From Callorhinchus milii (Eukaryota), in contig NW_024704742.1 in assembly GCF_018977255.1 (NCBI RefSeq), positions 115,756,001-115,820,000 of the forward strand: a DNA stretch of 64,000 bases. The letters are read 5' to 3'. The notes under the pieces were generated by a model, which was not told where the DNA came from, ran no database searches, and saw only the letters and a program-made list of their open reading frames with translations. Positions 1 through 13,399 of the stretch are shown one piece after another (position 1 is the stretch's first letter; every line of letters starts with the position of its first letter). A program made the translations under genes and the position numbers.

Positions 1-626
1 TTGCTTGCAAACTGTGGAAGCCATTTGTTGTATTATAAAGTATAATACAGCTTTTATGAAAACCAGCTTGTGTACCACCTTGTCGTATATTCAGTCATTT
101 GTCTTTCACATGCTGCTTCTTAAAATTGAATGGCTAAAGTAAATATTGTTTTACTGAAAAAATTGATAGTTCTGACAAAGGGTGGCATTGTTACAATTTT
201 AGCTTAGTTTAAGCATTCTTTAAGATAATGTTTGATTTGAAGTGTTTGATGGAATATTCAAGTCATACAAATGACTGCAATGGAGTTGTTTTAACTCTTA
301 ATAATGTGAAATCGATTGTTTTGTGTTAGCCATTGTCCATAAATTGTGTTTAATGCTGAAGAATACTTGGATGTGCTCAACCACCAATTCACAAATAAAG
401 TGGGGGAGAACCTAACAGTTAAAACAAGTGGAGAATTAATTGGTACAATATTTCCAAAAAGGAGAGAAAAATCTGAATTCATGATGCATATGTGATGTAT
501 CAAATTGTCCCTTTAAATGATAACAAACAAATTTTTGTGAAGGTAAATTTATGAACAGCTAAATGAACTCTTATTCCATTAAATATTGTAAAGAGATCCA
601 TTTTGTGCTGTATAATAATTGATTGA

Positions 627-794
<168 letters not shown>

Positions 795-899
795 TGAATG
801 TGTAGTAAATGTATGGTATTTTTTAATAATTATTGTGTACGTGACGAGACTGAAGGTAGAAAAACAAACTTTTAACATTTTCTTGTCCCGACCTTTCAT

Positions 900-1245
900 C
901 CATCACACTAGCCTTTGCCATGCTCCACTGATTCTCAATTATCGAGCAGATCAATTTAAATCGTTTTCAAATCCCTTCATGCCCTCGCACCTCCCTACCT
1001 ATCCGATTTGATTAGCCCCCACTCCATCCGCTGCCTCCGCTTGGCTGGCTCCGGTCTCCTGTTTATTCTTCGTCCCCTCCACTCCACCATGGATGGCCGT
1101 GTCTTTGGCCACTACTCCCCAAAACTCTGGAAATCTATCCCTCAATCCCTCCACCTTGCCCCCTGGCTCGGCGTCAGATTCCATCAATGTCAAGTGCTCC
1201 AGCTATCCCCGTGAAGGGTGCTATATAAATGTAAGTTGTTGTTGC
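900..1245 (+). mobile_element. L2 LINE 3' fragment
   Basis: Decayed L2 ORF2 C-terminus (pyrimidine-rich) ending gtgaagggtgctatataaatgtaag(ttg)n. Confidence 0.75.
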
Positions 1246-1489
1246 TGAAATTGTCCCAAAATACCCATTAAAAACAATGCCGCAAGACTTCACATTGTGT
1301 AACTTGAGTTATGTTGTCAGTATTTTTAAAGCAATTTCCTAATTCTCGGCATGAAGCTTAAAATATACTGGCCTATTTGTTGTAAATAAATTGCTTGAGT
1401 TGCCAAATAAAGTATGCTCGTGATCGGTGGAACTTGTCATGGTGGTCATTGGGTATGATTCCACGGATATGGAGAACCTTGTTTCAGGT

Positions 1490-1700
1490 GCAGAGTACCC
1501 TTCATTGTATTCTCTCCAAAGCCAAGATATCCTTATGGCAATACAGTGGTCAGAATTGTGCTCAGTACTCCATGTGCGGCTGGACCAGTGCTCTATAAGT
1601 TCACTATTACTTCCTATGAATTGTGCTCTGTTCCTTTATCTATACGCAAAATATTTATTGCATCATTAATGCCCCTGCACACTATGCCGATCGTTTCAGC
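1490..1700 (-). mobile_element. Old CR1 LINE RT fragment
   Basis: Reverse complement resembles the CR1 LY..LV.PH.EY.AQFW / LER.Q segment. Confidence 0.55.
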
Positions 1701-2748
1701 AATCTATTCAATAGTAGTGAAACATTGAAGTACACATCTGCATAAATAAAATATATAAAACCATAAAAATCAATTGTTAATAATTAGTGTGTTTGGTTCA
1801 GTAGGTGGGATTCTTTGTCAATGCAGTATGCTATATTTTCACATATATAAATTATTTATATTTCTTTCTCCATCTGTAATATTGATCGTTTTTTTATTAA
1901 ATAGCTTTATACTGCATCATTTCCTTATCCAATGCATATTTCCTCCATGTCCTATTTCATGTAGATTCGAAATTTGTCGCACGTTGTTTTTCATACTTGT
2001 GAGGTGCAGATCTCTTAGCTCACGTACTCAATATGTTCATGCAGACATCAGCTTCTAATTTGGCTCTTGAAAATTTTGATTTAATTTGCATCAATATTAT
2101 AAGTAGGCGTTTTACCCAGGTGTTAGTTTAAAACAAGGTGGAAATGTAAGTGTATTGCACGCGTATCTTGATAGTGCACATGGCATGAGAAAAGTCTTTA
2201 TGAATATCAAACTTTTTTGGACTGTATTGATGGGATCAATTGGTGATTTTTAGTCTGCTTAGCACTAATTGCATATAACAGATGTAAATTCCCTTTTGGA
2301 AAATATGATGTTGGCTTGAAACATGCTATTTTCAACCTGATATAAAAATGACCAACTCTCAAAAATTAGCCCTCAATTGAGATAGAGATCAGGAAACTAT
2401 TCAGTTTGTAATGGAGTTGGTGCAAGCCTCTGGCACCTGTGGTTGCTTTACTGTTTTGACAAGGAAACCAAGACAAATAGTGAGATGCAAGTAAGTGCTG
2501 TACAAGTAGAAAACTTGCTTCCTGATCTTGTACCCTACTTGAACAAACTTTTAATGCTTGTTTGAAAAGTGACAATATTGTTGAATGAAATGTTTTGTAT
2601 AATAAAGTTTTTATAAAAAAAAGTTTATGAATACTATTTGGATAGATGTTTCATTTGAAGCAGGCTGTTTTGATTTTTTGCTTGATTTTTTTGTGTCACA
2701 TTCTTAAGATTTTAGGCTTAAATTGCAACAATTGTTCTGTTTTTACAG

Positions 2749-2823
2749 GACTTCATTTTTTTCTGTGATGCAGTTGCATCATGGATTAGTCCAAAGGATG
2801 ACCTCAGAGATATGTTCTACAAG
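2749..2823 (+). CDS. TNPO1: Transportin penultimate coding exon
   Basis: tttacag|GAC...AAG|gtaaat, 75 nt, [25 protein letters not shown], in frame with flanking exons. Confidence 0.94.
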
Positions 2824-3095
2824 GTAAATTTTTTTTTTGTCTTATGCAATAGCATATAGAAAAGAAATAGAGCAAGCACCTCCAAATTGTTTGACTAGCT
2901 CTTTAAAGATGCCTAAATATGCCATTCAGAAACAATGATGTTGGAACATTGTGCTGTTTTGAGAGGTAAATCACAAGCAATTAGGGTTAGGGTTAGATTA
3001 TTCTTTTTATTCTATGCACTGATATCACAATATCAGAAAGCCTAGTTCTAAAGGTAAAGCAACTAAACAATTAATATCATTTGTTATAATTTCAG

Positions 3096-3203
3096 ATCCT
3101 TCATGGTTTTAAAAATCAAATTGGGGATGAGAATTGGAGACGTTTTTCAGACCAGTTTCCACCACCTTTGAAGGAACGCCTTGCAGCCTACTATGGAGTC
3201 TAA
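3096..3203 (+). CDS. TNPO1: Transportin last coding exon (CDS part, stop TAA 3201-3203)
   Basis: ttcag|[38 protein letters not shown], the canonical transportin C-terminus. Confidence 0.94.
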   Translation: MLHGFKNQIGDENWRRFSDQFPPPLKERLAAYYGV

Positions 3204-3234
3204 CTGTGTATGCTGTTGTCATCCTATAATCAGG

Positions 3235-3323
3235 GTAATTTCTGTAGAAATATTTGCTTTGAATGTGATTTGCTGTCCTTGTTTGTTTACAGCATCAACC
3301 TCTTTCTCTTTCTCTGTCTACAG
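3235..3323 (+). other. Intron within the transportin 3' UTR (89 nt)
   Basis: CAGG|gtaatt donor 31 nt after the stop; strong polypyrimidine tract tctttctctttctctgtctacag acceptor. Confidence 0.75.
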
Positions 3324-5824
3324 GTCTTTCAAGATGGGAAGGCCATAGGGAGCCTCTGCACCCAGGGAAAAAAAAAAGTACCCTTTACTGGGGGGGAAGG
3401 GTAACCAGTAGGACATATAGTACAATCCCAACCCTACTGGGACGGGTGGGAGGGAGGTGTTTAGCCGTCGCACTGTTCAGTCGACATTGGGGGAAAGTTG
3501 AACCCCTGAAGCCTTTATCGATGGACATTTGTCTCTTCTTTTTAGAGCTCTACACCAGAAGAGAAGAAACAAAGGAAGACATCTGATCCAAAAATATCAT
3601 ATTTCTGATTAGGGGGAAATGCAACAAAAGCAGGAATTGTAGGCTTCAGATGGGGGGTTAAGTGCAGAGAGAAAATCGTAATCATTAGGTTAAAAGTTGG
3701 CAGCCAGAGACGGGGGGGTTTACAAACTAAGGCTGAAGGTAAGAATTAAGGAACACACTCGGGGATTAATAGGTATTTGCATGAATTTAGGAGAACTTAA
3801 AAAATGACAAGATGTTAGTGCAGTTCAAAAGTGCAGCTTGTTTCCAAGATTAATAGCAAGCTCCTAAGTAAAATCATAGACATTAAGACATGAGTTTGTG
3901 ATTTAAGTAACTATATCAGTCATAAAATGAATGACTAACTGTTTTATTGGTAATAAGGCTAACCGGCTCGGGAAACCCTAAATTGCTTATTCTTTTCACT
4001 GAGTGGTACGTGCATATCGGTTAAAGTTTGACATATCTTCCTTAGTTTTGCATTTTAAAAAAAATAGTATAAGTAATTGGGTTGTAACGCCAGTGTTCAG
4101 ATTTTGTTTCTAAACCAAGAACTAAATTTTTGTAGTGTACATGTTCGATTTAAGGTACAGGCATGTAATTTGGTTCACTGTGGTTAAGAGTAAGGTTGCT
4201 TTGTTTAGTGGGACATTTGAACTAGCATGCATGCATCATAGAGAGTGGAAATGGTAAGGTTTTTCCCACTAGAATTTTTTTTTAGTGTTGCAATTCAACA
4301 ATATTAATAAATAGACTATTTATGTGTAAAATACCCCGAGGTTTTTCGTATAGGATTTTAATTTCTGTTAAGGTTATTCATAGGTATAACCAGTTTATAA
4401 GGACTTGAAATATCTTTAGGATCCAATAGGGTTAAGGTTGTTGTATTGTGTGTAACCTGCACAATGTGGAAAGCTGATTATCTCCATGCAAATCTGTTGC
4501 CTCTGTGCTGTCAATGTGATGTGCTTTCTGCATGGTTATATACTATTGAATTAATAGAACCTCCAAGCGTAAAATAATTATGTAGTAGGGCATTGAGGGC
4601 TGCATAATTAGATGGCACGTAAAGACAATTGTACAAGTGTAAGAGACAGGTTTGCTTTATTTAGTGTTTTTAATCCCACTTAATTGGTAATATTTTTGTT
4701 CAAAGCATGATCTCATGAGATGCTTATTGTCCTGTATTGGGTCTTAAGCAAGATAGATCAAGATTCAAATCTGGAATATTTGAAACAAAAATTGGCACAT
4801 TGGTGGCCCTTTGTGCCATAAAAGCTGCAGGAGTAAAAAATGGAATGGATCCTGTTCCTTTAATTTGTTCCACTTTATGTTGCTTTCTATACTCTCCTTT
4901 GTTTGTGTAAATAAATTCTTTTACACTGAATTCTTCCCCTTCCCCCAATGTGTATTTTGTTGTAAATCTTTTTTATTTTTTTATTAGTATGTAATGTGAA
5001 TGTGGAAAACAAAACAAACTGGTACACTTGACCTTTTATGCGTGAGTCTTTTCTAATACTTGGACTGCCTGAGAATTATCCCATGATGGTTAGATTTTTT
5101 TTCAGAGGGGGCACACCCTCCCCTAGGGAAAATTACAGCTCTGCTGGTCAGAGCGTGGAAGTGCAGCACTGCTTTTAGAAGCTGCAAGGCAAGTTTAAAA
5201 TACCCAGCAAATAATTTTAAATACTTTAAAAGCCATGACAGCTTTTTATATTTGTAGGTTTCCCAGTGTTACATATTTTGCTATACAAAAAAGGGAGAAA
5301 AAGTTGAGTATTTGGCTGATTTAGCTGCATGCTTTTTTAAAATTTTTGTGATGAATGGGACAACTAATGCACTGAAGAACATAGCCTGTGTATGTATGTA
5401 TGTATGTATGTATGTATGTATGTATGTATGTATGTATGTATGTATGTATGTATGTATGTATGTATGTATGTATGTATGTATGTATGTATGTATGTATGTA
5501 TGTATGTATGTATGTATGTATGTATGTATGTATGTATGTATGTATGTATGTATGTATGTATGTATGTATGTATGTATGTATGTATGTATGTATGTATGTA
5601 TGTATGTATGTATGTATGTATGTATGTATGTATGTATGTATGTATGTATGTATGTATGTATGTATGTATGTATGTATGTGTATGTATGTATGTATGTATG
5701 TATGTATGTATGTATGTATGTATGTATGTATGTATGTATGTATGTATGTATGTATGTATGTATGTATGTATGTATGTATGTATGTATGTATGTATGTATG
5801 TATGTATGTATGTATGTATGTATG

Positions 5825-5855
<31 letters not shown>

Positions 5856-8800
5856 TGTATGTATGTATGTATGTATGTATGTATGTATGTATGTATGTAT
5901 GTATGTATGTATGTATGTATGTATGTATGTATGTATGTATGTATGTATGTATGTATGTATGTATGTATGTATGTATGTATGTATGTATGTATGTATGTAT
6001 GTATGTATGTATGTATGTATGTATGTATGTATGTATGTATGTATGTATGTATGTATGTATGTATGTATGTATGTATGTATGTATGTATGTATGTATGTAT
6101 GTATGTATGTATGTATGTGAGAGTGATTGCAGCATGCAAAGTGGAGTTCTGTTGCCACAGTTTGCTTTGAGATGCATTTGTGGGTTTTTAGTTTTGTTTA
6201 ACTTTGCATGAAAGCATGCAGTTATACATTCCTTAACTTTGCATAGCTTGGAAAGTGTGATTGGCCAGACGGACTTGATTTTCTAAGATTGTTTCACAAC
6301 ACCTGCATACTATGTATATAAACTATACAGTATGCTTTATGAGTTTTTGACTGGAAGCTCCCACCAACTTGCATGGCCTTTTACCATTTGTGCACCATAC
6401 ATACTTTCATTAACTGCTGAAACATAAATAACGTTTGGAAATTATCAGTTTGCTCAGATGATTGGAGAACACCATCATGGCTGCTGCTAGAAGCTAGATG
6501 TCTCGTGGAGAGTATTTGCATGCTCTTAGGTTTCAAACCAAAATAAATTTATGTGCTTGGTATCTGCAGCTGATTCCAGGATATGCTTAACTAACTTCTG
6601 ATATAAATGGAGCATTTTCTTCAGGTCAGAAATTGCCCGACCAGGACCTACAATATTTCAGACCGCTTTTTCTCTCATTTCCAAAAGAAATTTAAAAACA
6701 AACCTTCAGTTATCTGGATTTAAGTCTCTATAGTGTTCAGGTGTAAGGAATAAAAATTACAGTATTATAGATTAGACAGAATTAAAAATTCACTAATTCC
6801 CTGGGATTTTTTTTACCAGTGTGGAAAGAAAGCAAGTGATTAGAGGTTTCTTTAAAGCATTCAAAATTGGAGTGAATAGGTTTCTAGTTTTAATTCTTAG
6901 ACTTCTGGCAAGTACCACCATTCTTTTCTCATTGTCAGTTCAGACAGTGCTGCTGAAACAAACACTAATTCTAAAGCTGTGCAAATAACTCGAGTAGCTT
7001 TATTACTGTAATTAACAACAAAAGTTAAAGCAAACCATTTAAAATAAAATATTTAAAACATTTCTGCTCACCAGTCTTACTTTTACTCATCTTTCAGTGT
7101 CATTATTACAACGATTCCACCACCCCTTGTTTTAACAGTTTAAAACATTTTACCATTCCTTTCTCAGTCTCATGGGTTCCATCATCCAATTTGGAGGTGT
7201 GAGTAATGTTGAAATATTCAGCTGAAAACAGGATCCAAAGGCCAGTTTCTCAGCAATCCACACCAATACCTAGTAGTAACTTAGCTGCAGTTTAAATGCA
7301 GCTAAGTTAACCTTTGACATTATTTTCTTGCATCAAACAGAGACCTGTTACATTGTCACTTCGGCAGCACAATTTGTTCCAGGGTACAGCAAATTGTCTG
7401 GTGCAGAAAAAGCTAAAATCCCGTTGTCAAAACAGTGATAGCTTGCATGATGCTTCTGCTTTGACAGTCAAGCAGAACGACTCACTCATTACCATTTTGT
7501 CTGTTTTCATAACAATTAAATTACTGCAAATTTGGCAAATGTGGATTTTAAATATGGCTGCTGCATAAGACATATCCTGTGGCCAGGTTTGAATCCGTAG
7601 ATTTAACCCTAAAATTAATGCTGTTAGGATAGAATTTTTAAAAATAAATATATCAATCTTTCCAAATTGGTGGGTAGACTTAACATCTTTTTGTGAAGTT
7701 TGAGGCTTCAGTTGTATTTGCTTCTTACGACCTCATAAACTTGGTGTCTGTAAACTGCTTTTAGGTTTACAGATCCCTTCTATGCAATTTATTTCCAAAC
7801 CAATATTCGTAGCATTCATTGAACAGGTCATGATTAATCTGGCAAATGAAGATTCATGCTTTATAACGTAACTTCCATGCAAAGCTGCAGTAACAGTGTT
7901 CATCGCCTATTTTGAATGTTCATTTTCAGGTTTTATTCTTCCAAAGAACAGAATTTTGGTTTTCTAAGTCTTTTCCAACTGCATGCTGATGGCACTTAGT
8001 GCAGTTAAACAGTCTACCCCAACTCTCATCCAGTATATGATTAAAAAATAAATATTTATGTAGCCTAACTGAGGGAAATTGGAGAAACATAACAATATTA
8101 AACCAGTAATATGAATAAAATGAATATGTATACATCAGTGAGTAGTTTATAATAATTTCCCCCTTTATCTCCTTTTTAATGATAAAAGGATTTTGTTTAA
8201 ACAAAACAACAATTTGTGAAGAAATTTAAAAACTGAAAATGAAGAACCCTAACTCTCCTTAAGTGTGATACTCAGTGCATTGCTAACAAATGTTCAAAGG
8301 CTAAGAATGTAATTCTCAGTTTAGTCTCAGCCTACTGAAGGGAATCCTGCATCATTTAAAAGAAAAAAGAGTAAATTGCACTCCGAGTGCTGAGGGTGTA
8401 AACATAAGCAACCTCCATTGTTAACGTATTTTTCCCCTTCATCAAAACAGTTAAATCTACTCAGATTAAATATTTTTTGCACAACTGTAAATGCATCATG
8501 GGATATACAGAGCATTTGAGTCACTTGTGTAAATGTACCATGTGGTTTTTGAATGTTGGGAGAATGTTGATGGAGTCATGAGAATTAGTCTCATCACATT
8601 CCATTGTTTCTGCCTTTTTGGCATATGCTAAAAGCACGGCTTGATATGTCTGCTCCTCACACTGAATGGAGTGTTGTTAGTGTGCTGTCCTGCAGAAACG
8701 GCCGCTGCTAATGATGTAGTTTTTCTACTTGAATATTTTTATGTTGTAGAAATCTCAGGTCAGGGTTTACTGTTTTATATATGCCTTTTACCTTCCCTTC

Positions 8801-10370
8801 CTGTTTGAGCTTCCCTCTTTTGAAGGATTCTAACAGTGCATTATTTAGAAGTTATAGATGCTTCAGGTCAACCTCTGTTGACACCTCTGAGTCTTTCACA
8901 TGACAATTGTTATCTGTCTTTGGCCAGGATTGGCCACAGTCTGGATTAGAATTTCATGTGAAGTGTTCTCTTAAACATTTTCCACATGTGATCCATTCTG
9001 CTCTACAGTTGGTACAAGATTGCAGAAACTTCCAAATTGATTGTCAGTATACATAGTAGAAGTCCATAGCCATAACCCAGAACAGATTCTGTTTGATAAA
9101 TACTGAAACAATTCACTACCATTTTGAGACATAAGGATTTAGCTTTTACAATTGGAATTTTATCTCATCAGTACCTTTGAGATTGACTAAACATTTCTCA
9201 TTTTAATTGGGTTTTACGCAGAATGATACTCATTCACCCTGTGAATAACCTAAGAAATGCCATTCATTAGGGTGGAATGTGAAGGTTGTCATGAAATGCA
9301 GTACTGTCATTGTCCATGCTATTCTAAAGATTGCCTACATTTTCTGCAAAGTTTGCATAGAAATACACCAATTGATTAATAGCATTTTCTGAGCTCAGTC
9401 CTGTAAAAATCTTGTGGCCTGGGATAACCATGGAATATTTGTACTTCAGTGCTCATATTCCATGCCCTGGGTTAGTTACAGGCATCGACTGCCTGCACCA
9501 TGACTATCTTATAGTTCATTTGAGGAATAATGGAAAATACCTGCATTTGTGCTTGGATTTCTTTCAAGTTTAATGACCAAAGGATTTTTGTTTTTTTAAA
9601 AAAGAAGGAGCTTTGTACACCAATAGTGTGGTGTTAGAATTTTCCCTTCAAAACCTCTCCTGCGACCTCTCAAGCTTTATGAACATAAGCAACATTTCTT
9701 GGAAGTCTGCTCTGTGTAAACTTGACAAAAGTTCATTTTAAATAGAAACATGGTTTTAATTTTTGATAAGCTGCTGAATTTTGAAGAAAGTTTTTGGGGC
9801 CACCAAATATTTTGGATCATGCAGAGAATATATATTGTATTGATCTTATATGTAGTAATTTTTGTATTGATAAATGTTAGTTTGTATATTGTAGTGAATA
9901 AGTAGCTGTTAATGTTAACCACTGCTAGGAAATGTATGTTGAAAATAAATCATTTAAAGATAATTGTGTAGGATTCTGAATTTTGTCAGAGACATTTGTA
10001 GAAATACAAATGGTCAATGGAATCTATGTTTGATATTTTAAATTTTTCAGTTACAATTACACTGATATTGTAATTGTAACTGGAAAATTTAAAATGTCAA
10101 ACATAGATTCCTTTGATATTTCATCCAAATGGCCATTTTTCACGTGACATCAGTTTCTGTAGACTATATGACCAGATCTGGTGCATTCGACATTGCACCA
10201 GATGTAGCTGGAACCTGAGATGGTGCTTTTGTAATGCCTATGTGAAATATGTCACCTCATCACAGATCAAATCTGCGAACATGTTGCTCTGTATGGCTAA
10301 CCTACTCACTAAAATCATTGGGAATTTATTCAGGCACTCGCTCAATAAAGTCACTGGAAAGTTCAATATT
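3324..10370 (+). other. Probable long terminal 3' UTR exon of transportin with alternative poly(A) sites
   Basis: About 7 kb without recognisable SINE/LINE in an otherwise repeat-rich window; AATAAA at 4910, 9944 and 10344; the distal end is uncertain. Confidence 0.55.
5387..6118. repeat. (TATG)n tetranucleotide microsatellite, ~730 bp
   Basis: Near-perfect tandem TATG with two interruptions (~5678, ~5855). Confidence 0.99.
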
Positions 10371-11103
10371 TTATTTTTTTAAATCTCTCCCAAGTACCTC
10401 AATGTAAATGTATAATGCAACACTGAGACAACATAATCATGAAGATTCCAGGTTCAGTTACTCGTCTGTATGAAAGAACTGCTGCAAATTGCTTTTGTTT
10501 CCCTGGGTTAGAGAGGGAAATTCAGACAGGGCTCCTTCTCCAGATCCTTCTAGTAACATCTGATGGAAGTATGCACACTGACAAATGTGAGAAAATCAAT
10601 TGGCAAAAGCCACCCGTTAAGGTTTAATACTTGAGTGTTTGAGTAGGAATAATAATAATAATAATAATATAATAATAATAATAACATAATCCCAACTACT
10701 CCAAAGTATCTGACAGTAGATAGACCTATTGTGTTAGACAATCCAACTCAGTATGATATTTCCTTTTGGGACACCTGACGTAGACCCTAATTGGGTTGTC
10801 TGAACTATTTAAGATGAAGTATGGCTGGAGAGACAGTTGTTTGACATTTAGCAGTAGGAATGGAGGTGAGGAGGAATGAGTAGTGGATAAAATGGGCCTC
10901 TCAGTCTTTTTTTTTGCTGGTTCTATGTACTGTATCTACTATATGTGTCAAGCCTAGCTCAGAGCGCCCTTGAGCCAAATGGTTGTGGGTTCATGCCCCA
11001 TGTGGGGACTTGTTCTCACACAGTCCAGGCTGACACTGCAATCCAGACGGGGTACCGTCTGCCTACTATCTGTAACATACATCCTGGAAAAAAAAGCCTA
11101 AGT

Positions 11104-11280
11104 AATAATAATAATAATACTTGCATTTGATATAGCGCTTTTTACGTCTTCTAGAAATGTCAAAGTGCTTCACAGAATATACAGTAAAGTAAATTGACTA
11201 TATTTGTGGGCGAAACGCGGCAGCCAATTGCGCACAGCAGTGTCTCACAAATGGTGGACTGAGTGACCAAATTGTTAGTT
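11104..11280 (-). mobile_element. Deu-type SINE 3' half
   Basis: Reverse complement of ctgtgcgcaattggctgccgcg...gcgctatatcaaatgcaag(tat)n. Confidence 0.8.
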
Positions 11281-11299
11281 TTTTTTCTTGACGGATTAC

Positions 11300-12050
11300 C
11301 AGGTGTATAGAGCAAGGTAGAAAAGGTTAAAAAAAAAAGGAGTAGAGGAGCAAAGGGACCTAGGGGTACACATACACGATTCACTAAAAGTAGCAACGAA
11401 GGTTAAAAAAGGCCATAAAAAAGGCAAACCAGGCATTGGGGTTCATTTCTAGAGGGGTAGAAATGAAAAGCAGGGAAGTTTTGGTCAACTTCTATAGAAC
11501 CTCGGTTAGACCACACTTAGAATACTGTGTGCAGTTCTGGTCTCCACAATATGGAAGGGATGTAGAGGCACTGGAGAGGGTGCAGAGGAGATTCATAAGG
11601 ATGATCCCAGAATTGAGGGGTTATACCTATCAGGAAAGGCTGAACATACTTGAAAGGGGAGGGTAAGGGGTGACCTGATAAGAGGTCTTTAAACTGATGA
11701 AATGTTTTGATAGGGTAGACATAGGGAAGATGTTTCCACTTGTGGGGGAGACCAAAACCAGGGGCCATCAATATAAAATAGTCAAAAGTAGATTAAATAG
11801 GGAAGTTAGAAGAAATCTCTTCACACAGAGAGTATTGGGAATGTGGAACATGCTACCAGAAGGAGTTAAGTCAAATAGCATAGATGTATTTAAGGGAAAG
11901 CTAGATAGGTACATGAGGGGGAAAGGAATAGAAGGTTATGCTTGAAGGCTTAGTTGAGGAAGGGCAGGAGGAGACTCACGTGGAGCATAAACACCAGCAT
12001 AGACTAGTTGGGCTGAATGACCTGTGGCTGTGCAGTATATTCTAATGTAT
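11300..12050 (+). mobile_element. CR1 LINE 3' end (RT C-terminus and 3' UTR)
   Basis: ORFs GFISRGVEMKSREVLVNFYRTSVRPHLEYCVQFWSP and FPLVGETKTRGHQYKI...FTQRV; typical CR1 3' UTR. Confidence 0.9.
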
Positions 12051-13399
12051 TTAAGATGGACATTAAAGATTTCAATACAGTACAGTATTTGAAAAAAGGT
12101 TTCTCCTAGTGTCCTGCCCAACAATCGTCAAGATAAAATTGGTCATTGACTTCATAGCTGTCTGTGAGACACTGCTATGTTAATATTGGCTACTATGTTT
12201 GCCTATAAATTAAGGTTACTACACTTTACAGTAAATCATGTGAAGAGCTTTCAGAGGTCCTCCAGATATAAAAGCCACTGTGACAATTATTATATACTGT
12301 ATGTATCCATTGACAAAATTACCTACTTCTCTATTGATTTGCGTCTAGTTGACCTGTGGCATCAAACTAATTCATCCAAACCAATCTTGTGATATGTATT
12401 GTATGATTTGTATTGTCCAGAGGCAATTAACTAATTCTGGAGAATTTAGGTGCAAGGTGGGAAGATGAAGGCTTGGGGAATCCAGAATGTGCATAGGTGT
12501 ACTCCTGGAGTTTAACTAGCTAAAACACCTGAACACTGAGGAGCATCCTGTTGATTGTCCAACTAGCATCACCCTATCAGTTAAGGCCTCAGCTCTCGAG
12601 AGTTAAAAGGAACAAAGTGGGAAGAATCCCAATCTGCAGTGATTACTCTGCTTTTCCAAATTAATGAGCCAGATGAGCTCGACTGTCAACAGTGCCTTGG
12701 AATTACGGAGGCTTGGCTATTTAAGTGCTTAAATCCTGTGCCTTGGCTCTAAAAAAAGCTATTTAAAATTGTACAATGCTATAATTTTCACATGGGAGAA
12801 TGTTCCCATGTTCTTGAGGGACACAACTCATGTTTGTGTATGATTCTTTGGCACTGGCAGCCTTCCAGTACTTCATCCGATGCGATTTGCCATTAAAATC
12901 GAAAGGTGCTGCACGAAACATTCTGGTCAAATGATTGAGATAATGAATAACCATTTTAACGACTAATTGATGCCCATGTGCCCAGAATGTGATATGGCCG
13001 TCTAAATTAGTTTGTATTACTATATAATGGAATGTTGAAATGAAAAAAATGATTTTTCCCCATCAAGTCTGAAGTTAGTAAAGACAGTTTGCAGAAGTCT
13101 GCACAGTAATTGTCCACTGTATACAGACTACTGTACACTGTGCTTACTAACTTTAGACTTGATGTGGGAAAATCTACCTGGTAAATATGTGTCCTATCAG
13201 AATTTAAAATTCTAGAAATTGAGCAACCCCCAAAATTAGATATTTCATTTTTCTAAAAAAAAATAGAAACATTTTTGCTGGTAGTAGGACTTCAAGCGCT
13301 GCCTCCTATGCATTCAGATTTCCACAGGAATTCATAGTTATATAATTCCCTATGTCCATAACGCCTTCCTTATACAATCTAGACTTCAATCCCAAGTTT

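Noticed and set aside
2981..2996. (TTAGGG)2TTAG telomere-like motif
   Set aside because: Too short to call an interstitial telomeric sequence
5281..6211. Long ORFs of YIHT/MYVC repeats
   Set aside because: Translations of the stop-free (TATG)n microsatellite, not genes
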